Assembly (NCBI GenBank): GCA_964016885.1
Contig: OZ024740.1
Coordinates: 230,640,001-230,704,000, forward strand
Source of the DNA: Eledone cirrhosa
Taxonomy: Eukaryota
DNA: 64,000 nt
Direction: 5' to 3'
Below are positions 1-13,590 of this stretch, piece after piece. How positions within the stretch are numbered: position 1 is the stretch's first letter; every line of letters starts with the position of its first letter. A model generated the notes under the pieces. That model was not told the origin of the DNA, did no database searches, and worked only from the letters and a program-made list of their open reading frames with translations. Made by a program: the position numbers and the translations under genes.

Positions 1-206
1 CCAACCAAAACCGGTTCTGGGTCAATGAAATAAAACTACCCATTTTCAAGGTTTCCAGTTTAAATTAAAATCTTCCAACATAATTTTATATAAAAACTTA
101 ACATTTTAATCATGAAAAAATTAATTTTAATAAATCCCTCAAAGTGTTTAATTAATTAATTAATATAGAGTGTATTTAATTAAAAATGCAATCATGAAAG
201 GGTTAA
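1..206. mobile_element. piggyBac-like MITE, left end outside window
   Basis: Ends ...GAAAGGG-TTAA (203-206); body matches copies at 48864-49103 and 55046-55285. Confidence 0.65.
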
Positions 207-779
207 TTCCATCATCATCAATTTCAATTTCGTTGTTACTGTAGGTTAGTGATTTTATTTTATTTTTGTTATTGTGAATAGTAACATTGACATGTGTGAT
301 ACTTGTTTCAGAATTATAAAAGAATATAAAGTTTTACAAAGGATTACAAATTTTGTATAAAAACAATTGTGGCACCTTACTTTACTGTAAATATACATGT
401 GTGAGTGATTTATGTCATGTAAGAATCTCATGGTCAGGGGAGGGGATGTAATGGTTAGCAGTAGTTAGTGATGGTATTGCATTTGGATGTGATGGTAAAT
501 GGTGGTGGTTGGGGCAATGTTAACAAAGAGCCACATGAGGAGTGGGGGTGAAAGAGAGGGAATGATGTGAATATAATCAGATCTGATGTCAAGGTAAAGG
601 CAGATGGTGAAAGAGTGATAGTGTTAATGGGATAGTGGGGTTAGAAGGACTGGACACCAGCTGATGAGATGCCCTCCCTCTCTCCTGTTATTCAGCATGG
701 TGTAGTATTATCTTAGTCCTTACCTTCACCACAACTACTTTAACATAGTGGCTATAATGTAGGGAATTTCTACTTACTA

Positions 780-1500
780 CTTGCCTGCACATTAATCATG
801 GCAATTTCCATGACAGTATCAGAATCTTGTAAGAATTTAGTCTTTGTTAAATTTACTTCTCTAATTCTTCTACAGATTCTGCTATAAAAGCTAAGACATT
901 AGCATACAAGAGTTTCTACAGATTGTTGGTCTTAAATCCTCAGAAATGGCCTGGAGGTCTATAATAGTATGGTATGGTCTTGTAACTCCTGGGGGAGTTG
1001 TAGAAATGCCATATTTGACATACAGCGTTTCTAGGGCATTTTTAAACCTGGCTGCACCCATATCCTCTCCATGTCTGAATACAATAGATTTCTCCCTGAG
1101 GATAGAGGGAAGAATGGAAATGAGAGAGAGAGATATAGAGGAAGAATCGACCCCAGTACTAGACTGGTACTTTTTTTTATCAACCTCGAAAGGATGAAAA
1201 GCAAAGTTGACCTCAGTGAGGTTTGAATTGAGAGAGCAAAGAGCCAAAACAATGACTCTACCAATCTTACAAGTCATTCATCTACACCTACCTTCCTTAG
1301 TGCCCACCATATTACACAGCAGGAAATCTGTCAAAAGCTTTTTCCAGGTTAATGAAAGCTAGGGATAGGGGCTCGCACCTAGCTAAGTACTCTTGCGGTT
1401 GTCTCGATAAGATGACATCAGTAGTACTTCTCTTAGCCAGAAAGCTGAACTCTGTATCAATTTTATTATAACTCTTTCTGTGAATTTCATAACTGGGTCC
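780..1500 (-). pseudogene. Old degraded RTE LINE RT fragment, interrupted by a SINE at about 1150-1270
   Basis: Minus strand resembles the window's RTE RT (QEKYLA..LAFVDLEKAFD and LYADD..IAES..ELEK regions) with many stops. Confidence 0.65.
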
Positions 1501-1672
1501 AAAAAGTTGATATCTCTTTCTAGTGCACTACATTTGCTCCTAACAATTGATGCTGCGATGCATCATTGGGTGCGGCACCTTCCTCTACTATTTGACTGAC
1601 TATGCATGTGATTAACCTGTGCTCTACCTTGATGGTAAATCTAATCATCTCAGCGACTATCTCTGATGAACG

Positions 1673-2615
1673 AAGGCATGTGTCCTAGTGATTAGGGTGT
1701 TGGACTGAAGATGTGTGTCCTAGTGATTAGGGTGTTGGACTGAAGATGTGTGTCCTAGTGATTAGGGTGTTGGACTGAAGATGTGTGTCCTAGTGATTAG
1801 GGTTTTGGACTGAAGATGTGTGTCCTAGTGATTAGGGTGTTGGACTGAAGATGTGTGTCCTAGTGATTAGGGTGTTGGACTGAAGATGTGTGTCCTAGTG
1901 ATTAGGGTGTTGGACTGAAGATGTGTGTCCTAGTGATTAGGGTGTTGGACTGAAGATGTGTGTCCTAGTGATTAGGGTGTTGGACTGAAGATGTGTGTCC
2001 TAGTGATTAGGGTGTTGGACTGAAGATGTGTGTCCTAGTGATTAGGGTGTTGGACTGAAGATGTGTGTCCTAGTGATTAGGGTGTTGGACTGAAGATGTG
2101 TGTCCTAGTGATTAGGGTGTTGGACTGAAGATGTGTGTCCTAGTGATTAGGGTGTTGGACTGAAGATGTGTGTCCTAGTGATTAGGGTGTTGGACTGAAG
2201 ATGTGTGTCCTAGTGATTAGGGTGTTGAACCGAAGATGTGTGTCCTAGTGACTAGGGTGTTGGACCAAAGATGTGTGTCCTAGTGACTAGGGTGTTGGAC
2301 CAAAGATGTGTGGCCTAGTGGCTAGGGTGTTGGACCAAAGATGTGTGGCCTAGTGGTTAGGGTGTTGGGCTGAAGGTGTGTGCCCTAGTGGTTAGGGTGT
2401 TAGACTGAAGGTATGTGGCCTGGTGGTTAGGGTGTTGGGCTGAGGGTATGTGTCCTAGTGGTTAGGGTGTTGGACTGAAGGTGTGTCTCCTAGTGGTTAG
2501 GGTGTTAGACTGAAGGTATGTGTCTTAGTGGTTAGGGTGTTGGACTGAAGGTGCATGGCCTGGTGGTTAGTGTGTTGGGCTGAAAGTATGTAGTCTAGTG
2601 GTTAGGGTGTTGGAC
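1673..2615 (+). repeat. 35-bp minisatellite (about 27 copies) derived from a SINE tRNA A-box head
   Basis: Unit ATGTGTGTCCTAGTGATTAGGGTGTTGGACTGAAG; last unit runs into a SINE body (TTCTTGAGCAAAACACTGCATTTCACATTGCTC, about 2667-2699). Confidence 0.9.
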
Positions 2616-2964
2616 TTGTGAGCATAAAGCTGTGGGTTTGATTTCTTGACTGCGCAGCACATTGTGTTCTTGAGCAAAACACTGCATTTCACATTGCTCT
2701 TCACGATAGGACTGGGGCCCCTATCATTAAAACACCTGAGAAACCTCCTGTGAGATACAACCTGATAGGAAGCTACCTAATCCTCTGTAGATCGGAGCTG
2801 TAAATTTCATTTGGTGTACCAGTTGCCGTCACCTTAATTGCATCATATATGGATTGTGTGTCTGTCTGTCAGTATGCAAACAGTAAACAGAAACAACAAA
2901 GCAAACAATACAGTATAATAAAAAAAATATATATTAGTTTAGCGCTTGATAATAAGTAGAAAAA

Positions 2965-3006
2965 GAATCATGATGTTTCAGATACTGGTCCTTCATCAGA
3001 AGATAA
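2965..3006 (-). ncRNA. Minimal type-I hammerhead ribozyme motif (family shared with 61016-61057)
   Basis: Minus: TATCTT-CTGATGA-AGGACCAGTATCT-GAAA-CA-TC-ATGATT; intact core, stem I with mismatch. Confidence 0.65.
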
Positions 3007-3099
3007 ATGGGAAATAAAAGATGAAATTGATACTGAGAAGGAAAACTTTTCTTTTTTTTTGAGAAAAAGCATGTGTGTGTTTAGTCAGCCATTCTGGTG

Positions 3100-3150
<51 letters not shown>

Positions 3151-3153
<3 letters not shown>

Positions 3154-3825
3154 TCATCATCATCATCAACGTTTAACGTCCGTGTTCCACGCTTGCATGG
3201 GTTTAGACGGGAGTTTTCCCACTTGAGGCAAGATTGGTTGTCCTGCTCGTATAGGACTGTCTGGCAGGTTTTCTACGGCTGGATGCCCTTCCTAACACCA
3301 ACCACATTTACAGTGTGGGACTGGGAGGTTTTTACCATGTTGCCTACACGGCCACATTACAGCGTGGACTGTGTGTTTTTTTGTCGTGACACCTACACGA
3401 TCTCATTTGTTTCGGCCTGGATGGCGCGGCACCAACATAACTTTACATAGAACGGGGTGGTGTGGATGGGGTAGGGGTGGTGGTGGTGGGACGGGGTGTA
3501 TATTGTTAGAGATGCCTACTGGCTGGAGTAGGTTTTACTATATATTTAGGCAAGGCGGGTCTTCTCTGTTACTGAGTATCGCCAAAGGTCTCGGTCCAGT
3601 GACATTGTCTTGGAGAGGTGTAAGTGTGTGAGGTCGGAGTTTATCAGCTCGTCCCAGGTTTTTCTAGGTCTGCCTATTCCGTGGTTACCGTCTATCTTTA
3701 TTGCCCTGCACTTTGTTATACAGCTATCGACTTTCATGCGCATCACGTGTCCATACCAACGTAGCCTTCTCTCGAGTAAACAACATCTGATCCCTCTTAT
3801 CTCTAATTTTTTCCTTAGTTCGTTT
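3151..3825 (-). mobile_element. 5'-truncated RTE LINE 3' end
   Basis: ORF 3546-3884 (INELRKKLEIRGIRCCLLERRLRWYGHV...GRPRKTW) closely matches 19734-20123; (GAT)n tail; flanked by (TA)n. Confidence 0.9.
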
Positions 3826-4119
3826 ATATATATATAAAGGTTTACATATATATGTGTTTTGCAACGGGTCACTTTGTGGCTCAATGAAGAATTAATAAAT
3901 TAAATAATCAGAGCTATATATCATAAAACATGTCTATAGAATCACCAGATAAAATATATACCATTTCCTCGCCCAATTAGCATAATTAACCATATAAAAA
4001 ATCAATTAGACCAAGCTATAAGAATAAAGGCTCCTATGAAGAAATCTCCGACAAATAACCGAAAGCAGCCCCTTCGCGGCGGTTACAACGGAGGATTATT
4101 TATCGAATATTTTAACAGC

Positions 4120-4179
<60 letters not shown>

Positions 4180-4829
4180 GTATGTGTATTTAGGACATTG
4201 TGCCTTTCTAAGTGCTAAGTCCATTATCAAGGAGAGAGGGATCTCTATATTTGGAAGTGGGGTTCTCTATATTTATCCCAAGAGTGTCTTTCTAATGGAT
4301 GCCATTGTATATTATTGTGTGATATCTTCATTCCCCATTGGGATGACATATATTGATGACTTCTTTGGTCAGCTGCTGATCATGTGTGATATCTTCTATA
4401 GAAATATTTTTAGTTACATCTCCTGTCTTAGTGCATTCGATTTTTTTTTTTTTGTAACTATCTCTTCTCTGATTGCAAAAGCATAGCCTTCAAAATGTGA
4501 CATGATGTGACAATCCTGAGTAAAAAAAGAAGCTGCACTTTATGCCAATGTTAGTATTATTCAGTGCTGGACTTAGCTATAGCTTAGGGTCACACACACC
4601 CGAGGGTTTCATTGTATTCAGTGCTGAACTTACCTAGAAGCTAAATAAGCTCTAGTTTAGAGCCACTCATCCTCAGGGGCCTCATTTTTAAAAAATATAT
4701 TTTTATCATTAGTTTTTATTTTTTAACACTAAATTATCAAAGATTATACCATTATTAACCATTAATAAATAATATTGAGGTATAATTATTTAAAAATTTT
4801 TTAGAGAAGGGCTTCAGATTTTATATAGC

Positions 4830-5408
4830 TAGATGATGGAAGCTATGGAGTAGGAAGACTTGGGATGAGGTGATAAATGCTGACTTTGCAATAGTGCACC
4901 TCTCAAAGGCGATGACACAGGACCATGATCTCTGGTATTATGCAGTAATACAGAAGACCTGCCTTGCCATGTGCACGAGTTAAGGCATACATCTAGTATG
5001 CACCACCGTCATAATACTCTTCCACGTCATAATACCCCACTCCTCACCCATGCACCTAGATCTACCTCCCCAATCCCCATGCACCTCTCCCTCCCAAATC
5101 CCCAGTCCACACTGTAAAGTGGTTGTTTTGGTGTCTCAACAAAAAGTGCCCAGTCAACACTGTAAAGTGATTATGTAGGTGTCATGACAAAAAGTGCCCA
5201 GTCCACACTGTAAATGTGGTTGGCATTAGGAAGGGCATCCAGCTGTAGAAACCAAGCCCAACCCAGTTCAATGGGATAGCTTGTCTAAACCTTGCTAGCA
5301 TAGAAAATGAACATAAAAAGGTGGTGATGATGATATATTCAAATATATATACACACGTGTGTGTATATATATATATAAACTCACACATATATATATATAT
5401 ATACACAC

Positions 5409-5441
<33 letters not shown>

Positions 5442-5463
5442 TATATATATATAAACACACATG

Positions 5464-5494
<31 letters not shown>

Positions 5495-5793
5495 TTATTG
5501 TGTATGTGTGTATGTATGCCCCCACACCCCCCACCGCAAGGTGGTCGTGGAGGTGCCACGGCAAAAAAGCACCCAGCCCACACTGTAAAGTGGACGTGTA
5601 GGCGCCACGAAAAAGCACCCAGCACTCACTGTAAATGAGGTTGGTGTTAGGAAGGGCATCCAGCTGTAGAAATCAAGCCAAATCAGTTCCTGTATGAGCA
5701 AGGCATGGTCAGCCGACCAGACACTGCCCACAACAGGACAACCTGTCTAACCCATGCTAGCGTGGAAGAACGGACGTAAAACGGTGATGATGA
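4830..5793 (+). mobile_element. Two RTE-type 3' end fragments separated by microsatellite
   Basis: GGAAGGGCATCCAGCTGTAGAAA motif and GATGATGA tails at about 5330 and 5793. Confidence 0.75.
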
Positions 5794-5958
5794 TGTTTAC
5801 TTTTTACTAGTTGTTAGTCATTGACTGCAGTTATGCTGCAGTGTTACCTACAAGAGTTTTAGTGGATCATATTGACACTAATATCTGGTTCAGTCTATTA
5901 TATATATTTTATCCATCTGTATATGTTCAACTACGATTTACAAAACATTAAGTGACAC

Positions 5959-6250
5959 ATCATCATCATCATCATCATCATCATTTTACGTCTGCTTTTC
6001 CCTGCTTGCAAGGGTTGGATGGGAACTGATTCTGGCTTGATTTCTACAGCTGGATGCCCTTCCTAACACCAACCTCATTTACAGTGAGTGCTGGTTGCTT
6101 TTTTTCCGTGGCACCTCCACGACTACTTTGCAGTGGTCCAAATAGGGACCCCAGTTCTATCATCTCATTTCTACAGCTGAGTAAACTGGAGCAATGTGAA
6201 ATAAAGTGTCTTGCTCAAGGAAACAACACATCACTCAGTCTGAGAATTGA
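5959..6250 (-). mobile_element. CORE-type SINE with RTE-derived tail
   Basis: CCTTGAGCAAGACACTTTATTTCACATTGCTCCAGTTTACTCAGCTGTAGAAATGAG core plus RTE 3' tail; further copies at 25195-25455, 37785-38150, 52818-53075, 59765-60035. Confidence 0.8.
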
Positions 6251-6279
6251 ACAATATTGGTTTTTATACAGCTATAAGC

Positions 6280-6915
6280 ATAAACACTAACATATACATA
6301 CACACTTATACATACATACACACTTATGCATAAACATTAACATATACAAACACACTTATGCATAAACACCAACATATACATACATACTTATGCATAGACA
6401 CTTATACATAAACACCAACATATACATACATACTTATGCATACACACTAACATATACATACACAGCTAAGCATAAAGACTAGCACATACACATTTATGCA
6501 TAAATACAATCACATACACACTTATGCATAAACACAAACATATACCTATGCACCTATGCATACACAGGTATATACACACCTATTCATAAAAAGATATATA
6601 CACACCTATTCATAAAAAGATATATACACGCCTATTCATAAAAATAGACCTATAAATAAACAGACACATACACTCCTATGAATAAACACAGACTCCACCT
6701 ATACATAAATACATACACACCTATGAATAAATACATACACACAAACACATACACATTTTTACATAAATACAGACACATATTCACCTATACCTACCCACAA
6801 ACACACCTCTACATAAACAGACACATACACCTATACACACATGTACATTAACAGACATACACAAACTTATACATACACAAACATATACACCTATACCTGC
6901 ACACCAACATACCTA
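6280..6915 (+). repeat. Degenerate CA/AT-rich tandem repeat
   Basis: Recurring CATAAACACTAACATATACATACACACTTATG-like units. Confidence 0.7.
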
Positions 6916-7754
6916 TGGTATTATTCTATTACAGTCTCTATATGTCGCGCTTCAACTACAGAAGAAAAATGGAAGAAATAAACTAGTCATACTAGTAGTA
7001 TAGACATAATATCTATATTATTTATAAGACATTTCATAAGCTACAGAGAAAAACTAAAGACATAATCTAGTATAGATACTATTGTTATATTTATATAATT
7101 TATAAGCTAGCAGGGAAAGTGTACGTTAAATGACAATGATGATAATATATTTAGATGCACACACACACACACATATATGCATACATACATAAATATATAT
7201 ATACATATTTAGACATACACACATATATATATAAGGATTAAACCTGTATTAAACCGGAACTGTCGAAACAGTAAGAGCTCAGCCATCGAGCCACAACTCT
7301 TTCTAATCTCTCTCTCTCTCTCACACACATATATATAGTTGTATTCATCATCATCATCATCATCATCATCATTGTTTAACATTTACTTTCCCTGACAGCA
7401 AAGGTTGGATGGGTCATCAACTGATTGGGTTGGTACTCAAAATAGAGGTACTGATTCCCTGGTGGGTTGGGACCCTGTATCTTGCTTACATTTCTGCACC
7501 CTACTGAGTGCTCAGACAGACCCAATGGCCCTCAACTTGCTTGCATTTAAACCATGCAGTACTGTGTGCATTTTAGCGTGACACCAGCACTAGAAAGGTT
7601 TTCTACAGCTGGATGCACTTCCTATCACCAACTACTTTACCGAGTGTATTGTGTGTGTTTCTCATGTGACCACCAACTAGGGATTTTTTTTTTATATTTA
7701 CCAAAGGAGATTATTATGAACAGTCTGAAAGTTAACAGTATAAGTCATATTTCC

Positions 7755-8055
7755 TTTTAGCACATGAGCTAAAGATATGGCATGCATGTGCTAAGATATT
7801 AAACGACATCAACAACATTCCATCTGTCCCTTAACACCTAATTCTAAACCAAATCCTAAACATTATAAATCCTGAACAATCATCCCTAAACCCACCAGCT
7901 AAATATAACCCTAGACTGTGACCATCCTAAACACTACAACCGAAACCAAAACCTAAGCACTATACCCTAAACCCAATCTAAAACTGAACCCTCTCCCTAA
8001 ACCTAATCCCAAAACACAACAGCAAACCCTAAAGCCTAACTGAACTCCTAACCAT
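7755..8055 (+). repeat. Degenerate (CCCTAA)-like tract preceded by a short inverted repeat
   Basis: TTAGCACATG...CATGTGCTAA (7757-7793), then CCCTAAA/AACCCTA variants. Confidence 0.55.
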
Positions 8056-9009
8056 TATTATGTAACTTAAATAGTACTATATCTTATTTTGGTAATATTG
8101 TAAGCACAAAAATCAAGATGAATTGTAATGTCTACTATTTGTTATTGACAGGAGTTTCTTCATAGGAGAGGGTGGGATTATCAATATTACAATAGTGTGG
8201 CTGACACACAAAATATTTCCATGAAAATACTTCATGGCTTACAAAAAATGTAAAATCCATACCTATATTTGTGTTGGCATGGAATAATTCAGCAATTACA
8301 CTTCTACGGTTTCATTCTTTATTAACATTCATAAATTGTTCAATTTGAAATAAAAAAATAGTGCAAGTGATTATTCAAACTGGTATATATTTAAAATTTA
8401 GACTCCAACAAAATCTATACAAATAGAAATATACCCATTTGAAATTTATCCCAATTTACCTGTTACACCCTGTACTTAGTGAGATTAGTGAGGAGGGAGA
8501 AAAGTGTCTGAATGCTACCATCATCATCACTGATTAACGTCCATTTTTCCATGCTAGCATGAGTTGGACAAGTTGTCCTGTTGTGAGAAAAGCCAGATCA
8601 AATGACCATGTCTTGCTCATACAGAACTGTTTTGGTTTGGTTTCTATGGCTGGATGCCTTTCCTAATGCCAACCACATTTACAGTGGGGGCCGGGCACTT
8701 TGTATTGTGGCACCAAAACGATCACTTTACAGTATGGACTGGGTGCTTTTTGTCATGTCATGTAACAAAATGGATTCCACTAAAGACACTCAAGAGCCAG
8801 GTTATGGTGTAAAACCAGGTGACAGATTAAGCCTACCAACTTTATACTAATGACAATAAAGAAATGAGGAAGAGAAGGAAAAGAAAACAATATGGACACC
8901 CCCACCAATCTCAATACTAAAAATCAACCTTTTATAAATGAAAAGTATATTTTCAATTTTTGCCCAGACTCGGGTTTTAACGTTTTTTTTTTTCTACATT
9001 GATAAGCAG

Positions 9010-9230
9010 TAGTGTCATAACTAATTTTGCTAATCTATCTCCAGCGAAATTTTATTTTAAGTGGTAGCATTCCTGCAATAATTATTTGCTTTTAACATTA
9101 AAAAACATTATACATGACAAAAAAACTACATTACTAGAAATCTCATACTTTATCAAATAAATAGGATGGGTTGGGGTCTCATTATGTAAACTATACGACT
9201 AATTCTGTTTTATAAAAAAGATCAAGACAA
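9010..9230 (+). repeat. Unclassified dispersed repeat
   Basis: TTTTGCTAATCTATCTC..GCGAAATTTTATTTTAAGTGGTAGCATTCCTGCA shared with 44810-45030 (+) and about 11960-12140 (-). Confidence 0.7.
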
Positions 9231-9559
9231 CTTAGAAAAATTATTGATTTTCCACCCCTTCCCTGATTATCCCCCCTTATTATTTGGGAATTTCCACAGT
9301 TGTTTTGAAAGCTATAAGATTCTTGGAAATTTATAGAAAGCGATTAAATACATGAGTTCTTTTGAAATTGTTTTTTTTTTTTTTTCCTGCAGCATTTGAT
9401 AGAGATAAGGTAGAGTTCATGTTGATAGTACTCACAGTGTAGTCAGGAGATATTTTTCAAGACTATCAGTTACTTACAATTGCCTATAAGAAAATAGTGG
9501 GGATTTTTTTTCTCTTTGCCTTTCCATTGTGATTATGTTAAGAACATTATTGAAAATGT

Positions 9560-9890
9560 GTTAAAATAATCTTCTTCTTCGTCTTTTTCTTCTTCTCCTC
9601 CTCTTTCGCCCAGTCCGCAAACTCTTCTTCCAGTTGGCCCTGTCAGAAACAACCGTTTCCAATTGATCCGGCATGATCTCCAAGCGAGACCAGCCAAGCT
9701 CATGGATGCTATCCAACCATTTTGCTCTCGATGTCTTGCCGGTTGGTTTTTGCCTGTAAAATCTCTCCAGCAATTCATTCCTGAGATATTCTAACCACAT
9801 GGCCATAGCATTGGAGCTATGACCTCTCAATTTGGAGAAGTAGCGGCTCTATCTGGAGCAACTCTCTGATCTCTGAGCTATACATTCTAT
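9560..9890 (-). pseudogene. LINE RT C-terminal remnant with (GAA)n tail
   Basis: ...GKTSRAKWLDSIHE...VVSDRANWKK resembles the RTE-like C-terminus. Confidence 0.55.
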
Positions 9891-10744
9891 CGAGTAACAT
9901 TACTCCTAATAATAATCTATATAACAAAAATGTCATGTCAGGCTTCTACTTGCTACTGGTACCATGTAACCCAGTGCAATCTGCTTCATGATTGAACAGT
10001 CGATGACTAAACCGACTCCCCCAATAGACCCTGGTTTGGCAAGGAGGGTAAGTAGGACCCCAGTAACACAAAATATGAACTGTTAAAGGGGCAGATAAAT
10101 TCCTCAGTCAACTGCCATCCATCCCAGCTATGGGTTAAATAGCCTCACCAACTCGTAATTGGCCAAGTGTGGTGAGTACGGCTACACCCCTGAAGACATG
10201 ACCAAAACCAAACAGAAAGTGGTGGAGGTCAAGCAAGGAGCAGTTCTTTCAGCAGGAGGGAAAAGGCACTGGATTGGATATAGCAAACACTTATACTAAT
10301 ACATTTACATACATTGATAATAGCAGTGTAATATCATAGATTACTACAAATATGTCACATCTTGAATGTTGGAATTTATGAAAATGCCCATGTTTACATT
10401 CTGCTGTCTAGAATACAACGATTATTTGTGTGGTATGTGTATATATGCACACATGTAATTTACACATCTATATAATGTTCTTTTCCTTGCCACTCCTGCT
10501 CAGTATAATTCTGCCTTCAACCCTTAATTCTCTCGCTCTCTGTCATGTTGTCAACTGTGACAGACAGACCAACCAGTTTTAACTATGGAATGAAATCAGA
10601 CATTATTTGTAATATTGATCTGCTATGGTACATTAACATTGGTATATCCTTATTTTCATATCAGTGAAAGGTCCATGTGGTTGGACTTGAAACTAGAGGC
10701 AATGGTACTGTAGCTGCCACAGTGAGATGTGGCTGCCAAAAGAA

Positions 10745-10922
10745 TATGAGGGTTGGCTGAAGTGTTCATAGGCTGATCAAGATACTCTTATGGAATGACC
10801 AAATGAGGTTTATTTTTCAACATTGTCCATGGAAAGAAACAATGTTGAAATTAATGCAAGATTTCACTGCTCTAGCATCACTCTTTCATAGTTGGCCTAT
10901 GAACTTGTCAGCGAACCTCGTA
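10745..10922. mobile_element. Mariner-like MITE (about 180 bp)
   Basis: TA-flanked TIRs TATGAGGGTTGGCTGAAGTGTTCATAGG / CCTATGAACTTGTCAGCGAACCTCGTA; copies at 11237-11433, 52514-52704, 53408-53583 and partial 57772-57925. Confidence 0.8.
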
Positions 10923-11236
10923 ATTTGTATATCACACTTAATTTAAAATATTTCCCATCTTGCAAATATCTGTTGTATCTATAGTTGATTATATCTCTGA
11001 TTTACTTCCTGGTTCATCAGTTAATTGTCTTTCTTACAAATAATTGTTTCTACTGGAGGCCAGCAATTGTTTCTACAAGGCCAGCAATTAACCCAGTGCA
11101 TTATTGGTGCTTTATTTTATCGACCCCGTAAGGATGAAAGGAAAAGTTAACCTCGACGGGATTTGAATTCAGACCGTAATTGACCGTAACTCTATTCTGC
11201 AAAGCATGGCGTGACTCTCTACCGATACTGCCAATC

Positions 11237-11433
11237 TATGAGGGTCAGCCCAAAAGTTCACAGGCTGACAATGAAGGAGTGATGCTAGAACTGTGAAATC
11301 TTGCATGCAATAATTTAGACTCTTCTTATTAATAACTGTGTCTCTTTAGGCACTGTGTTGAAAAATAAACATCATTTGGTCATTCCATAAGAGTATCTTG
11401 GTCAGCCAATAAACTTTTCAGCCGACCCTCGTA
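11237..11433. mobile_element. Mariner-like MITE, opposite orientation to 10745-10922
   Basis: Same TIRs, TA ends, internal sequence reversed. Confidence 0.8.
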
Positions 11434-13042
11434 AATGTTTTGTGTTTCTGATTTCCTTTCATAGTTTATCAGCCAGTTGTCTTACAAATAATTGTTTCAA
11501 CTTTTGGCACAAGGCCAGCAATTACCCCAGTGCATTACTGGTACTTTATTTTGTCGACCCTGTAAGGATGAAAGGTAAAGTTAACCTCGGCGGAATTTGA
11601 ACTTAAATTTCCTTTCATAGTTTATTAGTCAATTGTCTTACAAATACTATAGTAAATGTTTTGCATATAATAATGTCTTAAACTTCGTTCCATAGTTTAT
11701 TAATCAAATATACTTACAAATGATGAAATGTTTTATGTAAGGTGGATTGTCTTCGATTTCGTTCCATAATTATAACAATTACATACGTAAACAATAGCAG
11801 TGTAATATCGTAAACAGTCACGTCTTGAATGTTGGAATTTATGAAAATGTCCATGTTTACATTTTGCTGTCTAGAATACAATTATTTGTGTGGTTCTGTA
11901 CACTCAGATCCCAAATAATGTATGGTGGGGGTCATTTTCTAGGTTGTCTCCCTTGATATTAAAAAAAAAAAACAGAATTAGTCGTTTAGTTTACATATTG
12001 AGACCCCAACCTATTTATTTTATAATGTATAACGTTTTTTAATGTCTAAAGAAAAGTAAGTATTGCAGCAATGCTACCGCTTAAAATAAGATTTCGCCAG
12101 AGATGGTTTAGCAAAATTTAATAAGCAGGGAGAGGGGAAGATATTTCCGTTTACTAGTGAAACTTGAAATAGGTTTCTTTCCTTTTTATTGTTTTGTCTG
12201 TTTAAAAGACTTTGTGAGACCCCCCGGGAGTATGCACACACATGTGATTTATGCATCTATATAGCGTTACTTTGCTTGCCACACATGTTTAGCATAATTC
12301 TGCCTTCAACCCATATTTTAATTCTCTCTCTTCCTTGCTTTCTTCCCCCATCCCTTCCTCTCTATTCTCTCTCTTGCCTTTCTCCCCCTCTCTCATGTCA
12401 AATGTGACAGACAGACCAACTAAGGGACTAACAAACTAATACACATTTGTATTATACGGATTAGAGAGTTTTCCTAATTCCCCTTCCATAATAAAATCCA
12501 AAACTTCATACCTATTTTGAATGTGTATGATCGAGCCCTTAGCTCTTGATAGTCGTAGGGGCACCATCCTGACACACCGCGTGTCTTGGGCATTTAAAAC
12601 CTGGTGGAACCCATCCTTCTCCGGTTCGGAACACACTCAATATATTCCAGAGAAAGTAATAAAGAGAAGTGGAGGGGAAAATCAACCCCCAGCACTGGAC
12701 TGCTACAAGCCAACCTTGATGAGATTTAAACTTACAAAAGCAGTGAGCTGGAACGAATATCGAAGCATTTTTTTTAAATCTGCCGCTCTAACAGTTCTGC
12801 CACGTCTCCGCCTTTTAAAATGTGTACTTGAAAAAGAAAAAAAGGTTAGTGGTGCTCACTTGAGCACACTAACATGTAAACCCAATAACAAACACTGGTT
12901 GTGTGGTCATGCGTATACATTTTGCTATGTAAACCTATTTATGTGACAGACTATATATATATATATAGACAAATCTTTCTATTTTTATTGCTCAATTTCT
13001 CTTCATTATTTGATTCTTTCTTTTTTTGCTTTTCATCCATTT

Positions 13043-13119
<77 letters not shown>

Positions 13120-13590
13120 CACATGCGTTTGTTCGGCTGTGGGAAATAGCTTTCGAGATTGGCGTTTCTTTTATCTTTGCGGCAATTTTAAAGAAATCAG
13201 ACTCCAGCTGTCTTTGAAGTACGCCATCCGTCTGTGACGGATGCCCTTTATATCTAACGACGGCTCTCACTTCCAATGTTTTTGTTGTTGTTGTTTTTTC
13301 AATACCAGCTAAATTCAAACTAGCTTCTTTCAACGCTAGTGGGGAAAAAAAATTTTTCTTGATATATATATATATATATATATAAAATTCTATATATTTC
13401 CATCTTAATGTCTTTTTACTCTCATTCGTTCAAATGCCCCCCCCCCCCCTCAATCTTCTAAACACATAATTTATATAATCACGCATGCACATTGGTTGGT
13501 TTGTTTAATTTTATTGACCATTTTTTAAATCCTAATTTAAAACCTAGTTTTTAGTCGCATGAACATACTTGAAGGCATAAATTCATATAT

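Noticed and set aside
1673-2615. CRISPR-like 35-bp repeat array
   Set aside because: No unique spacers, no cas genes, eukaryotic context; the unit derives from a SINE head
4030-4120. GC-rich hairpin (CTCCG..TAACCG / CGGTTA..CGGAG)
   Set aside because: No complete ribozyme core or second copy in the window
4190-4500. Possible RLE-LINE endonuclease remnant
   Set aside because: Too degraded to assign by eye
13115-13345. CpG-containing unique-looking segment as host exon or promoter
   Set aside because: No recognisable protein and no convincing splice-site pair; cannot be supported without transcripts
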